In this document: positions 25,301 through 38,003 of the stretch, one piece after another
Layout of the letters: every line of letters starts with the position of its first letter
Position numbering within the stretch: position 1 is the first letter of the stretch
From: Raillietiella orientalis
Taxonomy: Eukaryota
Length of the DNA stretch: 64,000 bases
NCBI GenBank assembly: GCA_036172245.1
Contig: JAYWIR010000003.1
Coordinates: 4,154,001-4,218,000, forward strand
Direction: 5' to 3'
The notes under the pieces: generated by a model
The model's input: only the letters and a program-made list of their open reading frames with translations
Databases searched by the model: none
What the model was told of the DNA's origin: nothing
Position numbers and translations under genes: made by a program

Positions 25301-28300
25301 TGTCGCAAGTTGCAAGAGGTATGCCTTTGAGTCCCGGGAAGCAACTCCTGTGCCTCGTTCGCTCAGCTCTCCCAGGAACGATCAGGGAGGGCGGTCCGTT
25401 GAGGCGTGGCGAGGTGTTACATCACCGTGGGCTGCTCGAGACGAGCAGATTGCAAAACCGGTGTTTGGATGCAGCTGGGAAACTGCAAACGCGCAGAACC
25501 ACCCATCCCCCCCGTCCGGGCGGTGGAGGTCGTCTTTGAGGGAACCCACGTCTTTGCGCGCGCACCTTCAGGGAGAACGGAACGAAAATCCAGAGGAATT
25601 TTCCGTGGGCGTTCCAGGAAACAAGGAAGGAGCGCCGTATCGGGTCAGAGAAGCCGGAGCAGAGAGAGCCAAGGATAATTGCATCTTGGATTTGGGATGG
25701 GCAAAAAATTCCCTCTCACCTCCGCTGCCGCGAAGGAACATCTCCCGGGTCTGTCCTGAAGGCAAATTGCCGAGCTGCACAGCACATCCGCCCGCCCGCA
25801 CTGCATTTCTAGCGGCGGGCGGAGGAAAGCGTCGTGTCCGAGCAAAGATCGGCAGAACTCAGGATCCTTTGCTCCGCAGAGGCGTTGGGAGGCGAAGAGG
25901 GAGGACCTGCCTCGTTCCTCCTCCTCTCATCAGCTAGCCAAGAGCAGAGCGGGACGTCCGCCTCTCTCCCGCGCTCGGAGAGGTGGCGGCCGACGCCGCG
26001 GCGCAGAGTGCACTGCCGTGCAAAGCCCGGCATCGCCAAAACCACCGACGACTTCGAGCCACATTGCTGGACCGGGCGTGCTGACAACCGCCCACGCGGC
26101 CGGACATGTGGCGCCCACTTGCAGGGCACATGAAATGCAGAATTCGAATTCGTGTGCAGAATTCGTGTCGCGCTTCGTCGCCCCAGAGACAAGAAGGAAG
26201 GTCTCGGGCCGGTACGCTTTGCCTTCTTGAGGCAAAGCGTACCGGCCTCCGGAGGGCCAGACCCAAAGGTGAAGCAACACCCAAGACCTCGAGTTCCGTC
26301 GGGTCGTGCCAAGAACGCGCCAGGAGTTCATTTCTTGGGCTTTGCGAAACATCCGAAAGTCATGCCTTTTCGTACACGAAGAACACATTAAAGAGCTTTC
26401 GGGATTTCGCACCGACTACTTTCGGTGTGTTCCTCATCAACGCTTCGGAAGAAAAGGGGGGGAAACGAAGAAAAAGCACGAGGAGTTCTCAAGAGCAGAT
26501 AACGTTTGCCGGCGCAACCTTTGCAGACCAATTGGCGGGATATCCCTTCCCGGGTGTTGCGGAGTCCTCCTATCGGAACAGACGAGAGACTGCAACCCAT
26601 TTCCCCATTTCCTGAAGTTTACTTTTGTCTTTTTTAAAAAAAAATAAAAAAGGTCCGTAGTGACCTCACGAGGAGATTGTTTCAATTTGGCCTAGGATGG
26701 TGGGAATCCTTTGGGTTTCTCCTGTTTTCGTTGCTTTCCTTCCAGCTTTTTTTTTTTTTTTAAAAAAGTTTCCCTTTCCTTTCCAGCTTTTTTTCCTAGA
26801 GTTTTCTTTTTTAGGTTTGCCAAGTGCTGGAGAGACGTTCGCCTCCTTGAGAAGAATAGGGGGGGGGGGAGCAATCACGAAGCTCTTTAACGCTGTCCAC
26901 GCCACCCGAGAGTGTGACTCGTCAAGTTGGGGGCATCCCGGAGGGACCACCCTACGTATCCGGGAAGGCTCCGGGGGAAGGAGTCCATCCTTCCCTTACT
27001 CTTGGGAGGGGACCTCGAAGGAAGCTTTGCACCCTGGTTGCCTCCAGAGGGAACCCACATGGGACTTGTTCCTTGTTGCTCTCTGAAGAGAACCCCGAAG
27101 GGAGCAGAGCGCTTCTTCACACTCTGGAGAAGTGTCATCAATCCATCAGCTCCATGGGCGGTCCCGTTTTCACAACCGGAAGAACCCCGAAAGGTTCCTT
27201 GACTTCTGGAAGGACCCCAGAGGTCAATTTCCAATCCCGGCCAGTCAATAGAGCCATCTGGTTCCCGACTTCCACCGGTGCCGCACCCGAACAGGCCGAC
27301 CAGCGTCATTCTGCGGGGGAGGGGACTCGAAACCCACGACGCACCCCCGATTCTCGGCGTTCGATCCTCCACGTGGGGATTTAAACCCGCAATGCTTGGC
27401 ACCACGTGCGGAGACTGCCGCAGCGATGCGGCCTCCCAACGCTTTGCTGAAGTTCGGAGTCGTTGCTTCCGCGGCACATATCGGATTGCGCTCTGTGCTC
27501 GCGATGACGTCATGACATTACCCTGCCGTCCGCGTGATTCCTGGAGCGCATCCCGACGATGACCGCGTGCCGTCCGACGGCACGCAACGCGGGCTGGAGG
27601 AGCCGGGATCCACTGCTTCATTCGCGCTTCCCTGCTGAAGGGCGAACGGGTCGCTTTCGCAGCGGGATTGCTGACCTCCGCGCGAGGAGACGAAGCGTCC
27701 CCCGCGTTCGGCGCGCTCCTTGGAGATCCCCTTTTTCGCCTTCCGGCGGAAGGATGCCTCGGTTTTGTCTTGGCGTGCCGTGCAAACAAAAAGTTATCTG
27801 AAACGGGAGGTCCACCGGTAGCGACGACCGTGCGAGCAGTGCATCTTATCTACAGGAAACTCGGATGCTTGTTTACGTATGCAGATATCCCGATCAGACG
27901 CTCCACATACTTGCGCGATGGGGCAACGGTTTTCAAGGATTTCGAGATGCGTCGCGCGGGACGACTTCAGGGTCTCGTTCCTCCCCGATTCCGTCTCTTT
28001 GAGCGCTGGGATGCGCGTCGGCCAAAAGCCAATGGAGGCAAGGAAGACGGGAGCTCCTCTTGGGAAGTTGCAACGCAAAACAAATTCAACGCCACATGGA
28101 AAGGACAAGAGGAGGGGCTCTAAGTTGGAGACGCGCGGATGATCTGCTATCTTGAGGAGGCACCAGAAACGGAGTTTCGTCCGATTAGAAGCGGTGCCCA
28201 GAGATCGGGAGCGAAATTCATGGTCCACCTCAGACACCATCCGCCATCCTTCATCTAGCGCGGCAGAAAGGACGAGAACGTTATTCTATGAGGAGCCACC

Positions 28301-31300
28301 TAAACCCGAGAGCATGCCGGGACATCCGGTATGCGCGGCACCCTCTCTCCCGGTGCTCGTGAGAAATGCGAGCGCAAAAGCGGTTGCGCGGGAAACCTCG
28401 CCGAAGGTCACAACTCTTTTCAGTTCCGCACGGGAGATGCTTTCTTCGGAACCCAGCATCCCGCCCCCTGAGGACAGCGACGTCGAACCGGAAAGACGAG
28501 CTGCGGGAGCACGATGCTCCGTGTGCTTCGAGCAGCAGCATTCTTCTCTATCCCGGCAAGCGGCCCTTGATGCCCCGGATTCCATCTTCGCCGGAACACT
28601 TTCGAGACGAGCGTCCGAAGGAGCGAAGCGCGCGACCAAGGACCGTGCGTGCAACGAGTTCGCTCGACGCGCACGCATCGGAAGCACGGAGCCTGCAGGT
28701 CCAGTGGACGGAAGGGGGAGAGGGAGGGTGAGGAAAAGGAGGGGAAGAAGCACGAAGGAGCAACAGCAGTCGACCGGACGATCGGAAATGAGCGCGCTCG
28801 CACACGCATTCGTTCTGTCGGATCTTCGCTCAGTGGCTACCGCGCTCTCCGTCCACGGGTGCTCGTCCGATTCGACTTCCCACGGCTTCGCCGATTTCGT
28901 CCACTGACGGGCTTTGCCGCCTCTGGGCGACCCGACTCGCCAGCTTCCTCCTCCGCGCAGACAAGGGGTGCACCAAACGCCCCGGCTGCCGGACCGGCGA
29001 TGGAAAAGGTGCCTCGGCGGCACCACGGGCGGAGGCGGAGGCGAGAGAGACCACGCGAAAGAACGCAACGCGTGCACGTCGTCCTGTGGAAGCGGAACCC
29101 CGCGTGGGCGTCGTTTCCCACCCGGCAGAGCGCCCCTGCCGGTCCGACGACGGCGGAGGAATTCCTTTCAGAGAGAGATGCAGAGATGACGGCATCCACC
29201 TGCTCCAATTCACAAAGATACCTCGGGCACTGAACGCTGCCTGGTGCCCACCTCTCTCGCTCCCCTCGATCTTCTTTTACCTCCATTCATGAGTGGATTC
29301 AAAATACTCCCAGGCTCCCCTATGGTGATCTCAACGACCCTAGTCCATTATGGCTTATTTCGGAACTTTTTTTTTCTTTTTTTTATCATTCAGAATTTGA
29401 TTTCCCTGTGGGAACTCTGCGCCGCACCGCGGGGAGACTGTTCTTCCAGCAGCTACTCCCTCGGCCGGCCGGAGGAGGAAGTAGCTCGCCTCATCTGGAC
29501 CTGAGCATAGAGCGAACTGCTGATCAAGACCCGACAAAGCCGAGGATGACCTGCGGTTATTCCGACGCGCCCTCGAGAGAATTTCGACTGCCTCCTGCGT
29601 CAGTTCAATTTCGCTACTTCGAAGGAGGAACCACGGATTCAGAAAATCAGCGGTCACTAAACCTGTCGCGGAAGAACTCCTTTCTTTCGCACTTCACTTC
29701 TAGACCCAATTAGCGTTTCCTGTGAAAAACTGCTTTCTTCTTGCAGCCTCTAATCACATGGTGATTTCGAGAACTTTGGCCTCACTTTCTAAAGTGAGAA
29801 CTTGCAAGAGGTAGGCGTCAGCAAGAAAGCCAAAGGCGCAGTTTAGCCGTGACTTTAACGAGCACGCCGACCGGGAAGAAAGGAAGCACCTAACACGGAA
29901 ATCAGTGGGTGATGCTACGGGAGAAACTTCCGGGAAATCCGGGAAACCATCCCATTATCAGGACGTCACGAATGACCTCGTCAGTTGTGGTAGTCGACCG
30001 GCGCAAGCCTGTTTGCAGACTCTGCAGCTGGCCTTTCTAAGAAGAAAGTCGACCCAAAGGGCTGCTGCGCGCCACGAATCTTTAGCTTCAGGAACACAGT
30101 TCTTGAAAAAGACCGACAAGGAGCTTTCTCGAAGTGATCGAAAAGATTTGGGTGCATGCCATCCACATGTCTCTTTTCTTTTCTCACCAACAAGGAACAA
30201 GATGAAGTGTTTTTTTTTTTTTGTGAGTGTACAGAAAGAGCGGCACATCTTCCGCAATCTCGTCTGACAACGATCTCAGTTCCTCTTTGGTCTGTTTTCC
30301 TTTTGTCTTCCGATTTTTGCATGTGCTTTCCTCTCTCTCACTCTCTCTCTCTCTCTTTTTTCTTCAAAAAAAAAGTGTGTGAACCCACGTAGCTGTTGGT
30401 TTCTTGCAAGACCACAAAAAGACATTACCAGCCGGCGGTTCTTATGACGCTCTGTCAGAAACGAAAGTTATCGCATACCAAAACCGACGCACCACGGGCA
30501 TGGGCTCTGCACTGGATCTTGAATAACCGCGGAGATGCCTATCTGGAAAATTACATAACGCTGCACTATCGAAGGAAACAGCTACCTGACGAGGTTCGGA
30601 ATACGGAGTGGGCTCACACAAATTCCATTCGAAAGCATCACTTGCCGCCTGCTTCCGTGCACGGTGCACCGCAGCCGAAAATATAGGGCAAAACTGGCCT
30701 GAACACTTGGATTCAAAGAGCCCAGCTGGGAAATGCTGCCAAAAACCTATGCGATGATGGACAATTTCCGCGAGTTTCGCCGTTTTTTCTGCAAGTCTGC
30801 ATCCCGTTGCTCATCGCCAAACCAGAAGCACCAGCCGGTTTGTACGCTTGCATGGACGTGCGATGAGGAAAAACTGGGCGGTTCGGAGGCGGCGACAAAA
30901 AGAACAACGAAATGCGACTTGGAAGGGTCATTCTCAGGTCGAGCTGAGAATCCGACTGAGAGAACAAGCCGTTGGAAACTCTCGAGAACGCTCTTCCAGC
31001 AAACCACGTTCCTTCAGGGATTCTGGAGAAGCGTTCACTCTGAAGATTACCTTTTCTAGAAAGAACCGACCATCTTGCTTTCCCTTCGTCAGAAAGCAGC
31101 CCACCCTTCTCTTCCTGATACCAACACTCGGGAGTAACACTTTCTGTTTCGGACATTCACTTTTCCAGGGTTACAGCAAAGCGAGGTGCGTCGGTGTCGA
31201 GCGCGTAGGTCTTTGCTGAAGAAACTCGAAGACCACAGCTGAAGCAATGCGGCTCGCTCATCGGGCGGCAGCCAGAGATGGCTTGTACAAGTGCAAGCAA

Positions 31301-31450
31301 CGCACGCTGCTGGCACACGAAAGTAAACAACGCAGGCTTCGAACTTCTACTCGAGTACGACGCGCAATGGCATTTGAATAGATACGAATGGGGCCGCCGC
31401 TCAGCCATCTTCACCAAGATTGAGCGAACAACTTACAGAATCGGAGAGCC
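22400..31450 (+). mobile_element. Decayed near full-length L1/Tx1-type non-LTR retrotransposon 'C'
   Basis: ORF1: RLNRVSV..RRKVLCQELRLG (~22490-22575) and RYSGQSVVCSSASLLAHLG (YxGQxxxC..C...H-like, ~23020-23075), then ~4 kb of low-complexity GC-rich sequence. ORF2: AIWFP..SVILRG (~27255-27320), LFTYAD (~27870), GSSSWEV (~28060), AGPVDG (~28700), RGDCSSSSYSL..EVARLI (QGDPLSP-like, ~29430-29495), CGYSDA (YADD-like, ~29555), C-terminal ARCWHTK (~31305). Confidence 0.65.
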
Positions 31451-31469
31451 TCCCTGCCAAATGGAAAAC

Positions 31470-31472
<3 letters not shown>

Positions 31473-31509
<37 letters not shown>

Positions 31510-31536
31510 CCCCCCCCCACACACACACACACACAC
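31473..31536. repeat. (GT)18 - T(C)9 - (AC)9 compound microsatellite, self-complementary
   Basis: Read directly: (GT)18 at 31473-31508, C run at 31510-31518, (AC)9 at 31519-31536. Confidence 0.95.
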
Positions 31537-33233
31537 TGCGCAACTGTGTATAAAAAAAGTGAAATCGGTGTTCGTGGCATTTCATCTCGGACTCGAATTA
31601 AGCGGATTCATTTCGTCTTAATCAACGCTGATTCATGACCAGGCCGTTCGGAAAGCGACCTCACGGTAACGGGGGAAGACGCTCTGCAAGAGGAGGACGG
31701 CAAAAAGTGGAACCCGTCAGCTGGAAGGGCGTTCGTTACAGACACGCTACGAGGGCGTCTTCGGAGACCCGGCGGTCAAGCATTTTCGGAGGGCGCCGAG
31801 GACCGAAAATGACACCCGGCCCGTCATGAAAGAGCAGGAACGAGCGCCGGGGGTCAGCTAATGCGATTAATCGATATGCAATGCATCAGCCAGTCGACCG
31901 CATCCTCGACATGCAATCAGCCAACTTACTGTTCTTCGGGTGGCTCTGTCATCTCCATGGAAGACAAAGGGGCAACGGATAATTATATGATGCTATGCAT
32001 AGGCTATCTGTGGAGAGGGAAGAAAAATGAATCACAACAAGCTAATAAAATAATGAAAAAAAAACAACAACGCGGACTTTCTTTCTTTTTTTTTTTTTTA
32101 AAAAAAAAAAAAACAAGATTCGTTTTTGGTACATCACTGAGAATGAAAAGCGTGTGTGTGTAAAGGTCACACGACGGAAAACTGTACGTGGATTGTATCA
32201 CCTGTGTATAAAATGGGAAACGGGTCACCTGGTCACCTCTTTGTCTTTTTTTTTTTAAGAAAAAAGGAAAAAGAAAAATCGATCGATTCCATTTGTGCGA
32301 CGGAACGCATATGTTTTCCACACTTTTCAAATGAGACTCGACGAACGCGCGCGCCTCTTAATTCTGCCTCAGCGTGCAAAAAAGATTTCCAGCCGGAAAA
32401 AGCAGCACAGTTTGTGGGGACCTCGGTGCGGCCTCGGCAGATCTCGAACTTTCGGAGGAACACCCGTGGAACTCTTACATCAAAAAGAAGAAGGACCGTC
32501 CGAATGTTCCACCGCACCGCGGTGAAATCCGCTGTCGATCTTAATCAGCTCCAATTACCGCATCTTCTCCATTTTTTTGTAGGCGAGATCCGGGCGCATC
32601 CGTATGTCCCCACGAAGGTCATTAACGGTGAAAAAACGGAAACCAACTTTTCAAAAGCGGAATTCTTCCGACGGCAAAGAAACGCCTTTTATCGGCTCCG
32701 ACCGTGCTCTCGGGAGAAAATTCCAAACGGACCGTTTCCAAAACGAGAAGGAAGACCGAGTGTGTGGCCCGGGGGGGGGAGGGAGAGGGGGGGGGGCAGA
32801 AGTTGTTGGTCCCGCGAATCACCCGAGATCGAATTACCCACTTCCCCGTCACTCAAGAGCAAGGGATATGCAAATGACCGCGCATGCAATCGGACTTACG
32901 TTCTGAACCACTGCGGGGGCTCCTCCAGACAGAGGCGTTAGGGCCTGTGGCACCGAAAGGAAAAGCTTCTCGGGAAAGGCTCGTTAGCCACACTTCATCC
33001 TCCTCGCCTTCCTTTTGCACGGCGAGGCCGAACCAGCATCGCACGCCAGCAGCGTGCCACCTCTCCTGCCACGAAAATTCAAACCAACGTTTTCCCCCCC
33101 CTTTCACAGTGGGCTTCGAATTCCCGAAGCGATTTTCGCGCCACGCCGCTGCCGTTCGCCGGCGTGCAAATGAGCGAACGCCTCTTCGCCAAATGCCCAG
33201 CAGGCCCGGAAGCGAAAGACGGGGGAGCGGGCG

Positions 33234-33275
33234 GCACGCACGCACGCACGCACGCGCGAGCGAGCGAGCGAGCGA
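33234..33275. repeat. (GCAC)5-GC-(GCGA)5 compound tetranucleotide microsatellite
   Basis: Read directly from the sequence. Confidence 0.9.
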
Positions 33276-33330
33276 ACGAGCCGTGCATTCGAGTCCGAGG
33301 GGGTCGCACGTGGCCTTCAGTGCCATGTAC

Positions 33331-33545
33331 GTGTGTGTGTGTGTGTGTGGGAGGGGGGGAGAAGAGAACCTTCCTCCTCTCAACGAATCTCCCCTTTTCC
33401 CCCCCCAGAGGGTTCCCTCGTTCATCGTTGCCCCGTGTGCGCGGTGCCCAACACCCCAATCTTCAAATTCGGCTGGCCGGAAAATGTTTTGCACCAGACG
33501 CTGTCCTTTTGGGTGGTGCAAGGCCCCCCCCCCACACACACACAC
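33331..33545. repeat. Inverted microsatellite pair (GT)9GGGAG7 ... C10(AC)6, ~22-bp arms, one mismatch
   Basis: Left arm 33337-33358 is the reverse complement of 33524-33545 except at A33352; spacer ~165 nt. Confidence 0.85.
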
Positions 33546-34649
33546 CCTGGCCGGTTCTGCCCGAAGGATACGCGGGCAACAGGCAAACGGATTTGCAAAT
33601 CCTGAAAACTTCTTTCGACTGGGAACAATATACAGAGTTGCTGGCAGCAAATCGGTTTCCATGCCGTGGACTGCTCGTGAGAAGCTCACAACAGCCCCCC
33701 AATGGAAGGGAGATTGGGGTCATTGATCAGGTCACTGATGTGGGCATCAAATGTAACCATATAGGCGCGAAGGTGATCATTTTAGTTACAAGAAAAGGAT
33801 GGAGTCCACCTTGGAGGTACTGCAGTGCTCCTCTGCTTTCATTTTGTAACCAGCTTAGACTCTTTGGAACCATAAAATCATTTCTTTATTTGTTTTTTGC
33901 TCATGGAATTGTTTGTTTCAATTTTGTTTCCTACGTTAAAAAGCCTGCGCAGAGATGACCAAGTATTTTACTCAACCCATAGATTATGCTCAGGAATGCA
34001 TTGTAGGCAAAAAAATTTCTCTTGCAGTCGATTTCAGATGGGAACTGGTATTGCCTAATCATCCGATGGACCATTTAGCTTCCCATTTTACCCAAGGAAC
34101 TGAATAAAAACATGATTACTTGGAATATACCAATGTAATCAATGCTAAGATTTCTGTGTGGATTTGACAAGAGTAAGCATGTTTTGGTTGCAAGAAAATG
34201 TGTACAATTGGCACTGTTTGGTGCTGCCCACTCCTAATTATCATTTCCCCCATTATCCATTATCAATTGTTTCAGCTATTTACTTATTTCTTATTGAATA
34301 ATATTTTATTGAACACTTTAACATTCATGTATCTTATCAGCATGCTCATAGGCAATGTAATGGCTTGGTGTGCTATACAAAATATCAGCTATTCACAATA
34401 TCTGCCCTTTCCATTTCCTTCAAAAATATATGAATATTAAGAAATAAGAATATTTTTATTCTTGCACAGGTCCGTTGCTCAGTTGTTGATGAGCAAAATT
34501 CCTAATTTTGTGAACAACTGAAACATATGTCATGTTGCAGTTTGCAAAATTAGTCTCATTTGTATTGTCCACTCAAAGCTTCATTTACCAACCAAAGGTG
34601 AGAAGAATCATACACATTGTGTTTTTCATCTTCAGAGAAAGCAATTGAT

Positions 34650-37500
34650 CAAAATTGCATTGTCATGAACATCATTTTGTTTGCTACTCAGAGCTAGAGA
34701 AGAATCTAATACAGAATAATTTAATATTAGAGTTGTGTTCTGCACTGGAAACCATGATGAAAGCATTACATTTTCAGTTTTGACACTCCACTCAAGGGAA
34801 CTACATGATGCAAGTGCAATCTCCAAAGACACTTTACATTTTGAGCACCTTTCAGTTTACCCAAATGCCTTCCACCACAGCAGCACAATAATGGATTGTA
34901 ATAGGCACTCGTGCTACTCCTTCTCAAGCATTTCTTCCAAAAATTGCACACTTGGTGTGCTAGTTTCATGTGTATCCATGTAATGGGTGTTTAGAGGTTC
35001 GCTTTAAATCAAGCATTATTTTCTGCATCCTCCCCACACTGGATCCATTCACCATTCCAGCTGAACTCATGCCTTCCAGACTGAAGCAGTTTGCTAAGCT
35101 CATTGCTCTGCTCCTTGGGTGCACCAGCAGTGTAAGTGGGTTTTTCAGATGCTGCCGTCACAATCTTGTTCTCACAAAGAGCGGCGTTGCCTTTCGCCTA
35201 AACGTTTCGGAATCTCGGCAGGTGCTCCAGAATGGAACGAACTTCGGTACATCACTGGTTTGGGAGCAGCGCTGAATCAGGGGCAGATCCTGTGCTTCTG
35301 GAACATAACTGCTCTCCTCCATGCCGAGTGCATCCACGTCGCTGCCGAACGGAAAGAACTGTTCAACCTGAGGCTGGAGGCAAGTGATCGGCAATGAGGG
35401 TACATGACCTCGTCTGTAACCGTGGAGGGTTGGGTTCATGCCACTCTACTCTGTTATTGTGCACCGTGTGCGTGAGACGGGAAGGCGTGCCCAACACGAC
35501 CTGCGATGCTTAAGTGCATAAACGGCTCAGTTGTTACGCTTGTGCCACATGGATACGCAGCATCCCTGTGCCAGAGTGCACGCTTTCCCCGGGCACCGAT
35601 AACTGGCCTGCACTGAAGAGACTAACCCGCCATGCGGTCCGAGGAATCCGGTAATCTGATTTCCCAGCAGAAATCGTACCGACTGAGGGAGTGAAAACGA
35701 GATAACTCTCCACGCTTTTCTCTTCGCGTGCACAGCTGGTCATTTGAACGTCCACTTTTCCACTTAACGAGACCACGTAATCTCTTGCGAATGTTTCGGC
35801 GACCGTTAGGTCAGTCGGCAAATTGTCGGTAAGATATTACAGAACCAGTTCAGTAGGGCTGCTATCGAGCAATCAGCTTGCTGGTTGTGTTTTTCTATGC
35901 CGTGTCTGATTCTCGAATGAATATGTATAAAACCTTGGTACATTTATTTCTTTCAATTACTGCTGAGATCTACTACGCTTCTCATGCCCGTAAGTCCCCG
36001 GATGAAGCTGGTAGCATTCTAATATAGAGGGGATATGCATCCAGCATCCTCTTCTTAGATGCACATCTGAACTTGATCCTTTTCATTTGCATTAGCGTTA
36101 ACGGTCAACTGAGGCAGTATCCGTGTGCCCGGGGGGTTCGTTTAGTGTCTGCTCCCTTCAATGGTGTATCGAAGACGGCGATGGAGGCACACCTAATTGA
36201 ATATTTTTTACAGACGTAGAACTACGCGTTTTTGATTAATGGCATCATCTGAAACTGTCGAGATTACACCTGAAACTACGATGCAGATATTATGCAAGCA
36301 TGCCAAGAACGTGGTGGCACAGTGCAAGAGCGGAAGTTGACGTGTTTCAGGAATACCTTACGCACTGAAAGAAGCTTCAGTTGATTATTCAGTTACTGAT
36401 TGTACCAAAGTTGCATTCCAATGTGCAGTACTTTGGGACTGGCGTGAACCTGTTCGTGTTTTCAAAAGTTGCAGCCGCAGGATGCACTTCTTTAGGGAAA
36501 AAAGCACCGGAAACACGCGCGCATTAGCCGACCTTCACTGCAGCTCGGTCAAAGAGGAGGAATGGCGTCATGTTTTCTGGGCCAGGCGATCCAATCCGTT
36601 ACCAACTCGGCTGATTCGGAAGCTTTTACAGAATTGGGTAGCGTTTTCACGAATGCACGCTGTGTTTCCTGCATCCAGTTTCCTCGAAATGAAACCTGAG
36701 GCTCAAGCGCCCTCTGTATGCCGAGCTGCCTTTTGCACTGACCAGCTGACCACTTGGAATGCTGGCAGCAAGTTCCTCAGACCTGCGATCGGGTTCTTCA
36801 CATTCCGGCCAAAGCGCAGCACAGTGATCCGACTTGCATTTACGATGCAAAAGCCTCCTTTACTTGCGTAATGCAGTCATCAATTGATGGCATTCAGCTC
36901 AAACGCGCTAAACACCAACAGCTTCCGGGATGCAGCAAAAGGCACAAGTACTTGCTGCATTTCAATCACGAGTAGTGACGGATCTGCAGCTATCCTGCCA
37001 ACGCAGCTCAGCCTCCGTGGTAACAAAGTTATAAGGGAGCAAAGGACAGGGGGCTGAATTATGACGGAAAACGCTGGTCCCAGAAAAACACCAAAAGAAT
37101 CCTATCAAAAGTCTGACCTTCAGGCATTTCATCAGTTTCTTATTCTATTGCGAAGCGGACTGACTTGATGAACGTAGTAGGCTGAACTTATATACCCTGG
37201 TTGATAAGGAATTCTTTCGACTCTTTTGACCCAATGTTGGATGATACATGCGTGAAATAAAAAAAAATAATAATAATATAAAAATAAACGTTTATTCATG
37301 AGCAGTGTTCCTTTCTTTACAGTGGCCATGATTAACAATGGCAGCAAACTGCAAGCATACCAGAATATCTTCGCATTGAAACAACTCTTTGCATGCTTCC
37401 AGAAAGCACTGATTCATCAATGAAAACAGATCATTCCCCAAACAAAAACCACACAATTGCTTACTACCAAAGATTTTCGCAATCTTGTACATGTGAGCCA
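34650..37500 (+). mobile_element. Highly decayed CR1/L2/Jockey-like LINE ORF2 relic
   Basis: In canonical order. Endonuclease-like: CLEVRFKSSIIFCIL..LIALLLG (~34990-35120), RLEASDR (SDH-like, ~35380). RT-like: KSPDEAG (~35992), FFREKST (~36490), QVPQTC (GVPQG-like, ~36770), KYLLHFNHE (~36950), LTFRHFI..RLNLYTLV (~37115-37200). Individual matches are weak; the order is the main support. Confidence 0.4.
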
Positions 37501-38003
37501 AGAACTGGGCTTGCACAGTCACATTTCCCAAGCTGTGAACACCAAAGCTACCACATAATTGAATATTTCACTGGTTTGCTGGTATACATACACAGCAAAA
37601 AAAAATTTGAAATGACTGTATGCTTAACCAACCATTCTGCATTTATTTCAAAAATAATACATGCTGACCAATAGCATAGTTTTCCAGAAGGAAACACAAT
37701 CTATGATGCTTTAGTCAGGTGTCTTTAGTATTTATGATAAATTATCATATTAAATTCTGAAACTCTTGAAACAAACTGTTTCCCAAACACTGCTCAGAAT
37801 AAGATTTATAAAAATTTGGGGAAAGAACTTATTTATAATTTACTTCTATAAATACCATCAAACACAACACTGCGTGTCTAAGTCAAATATCAAGGGCAAT
37901 AAACTATAGGCGGTTACACACTACAAAGAGGAAAATAATATATACTACAATGTATTCTATTCAGTCAAGTTCACATCTTTGTCATTATCACAGCAAGAGT
38001 GAA

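Noticed and set aside
27318..27395. tRNA B-box-like words on the minus strand (GTCGTGGGTTTCGAGTCCC; GGGTTTAAATCCC)
   Set aside because: No A box, acceptor stem or anticodon arm could be folded; lies inside the endonuclease relic of C.
12300..29300. Many overlapping 100-320 aa Arg/Pro/Gly/Ser-rich ORFs on both strands
   Set aside because: Expected from high GC content. They show no coherent domain or splice pattern and are better explained as frames through decayed LINEs.
37255..37289. AATAAA plus A-rich tract as the poly(A) tail of the plus-strand LINE
   Set aside because: It lies earlier than the expected ORF2 end, has no target-site duplication, and A-rich runs are common throughout this window.
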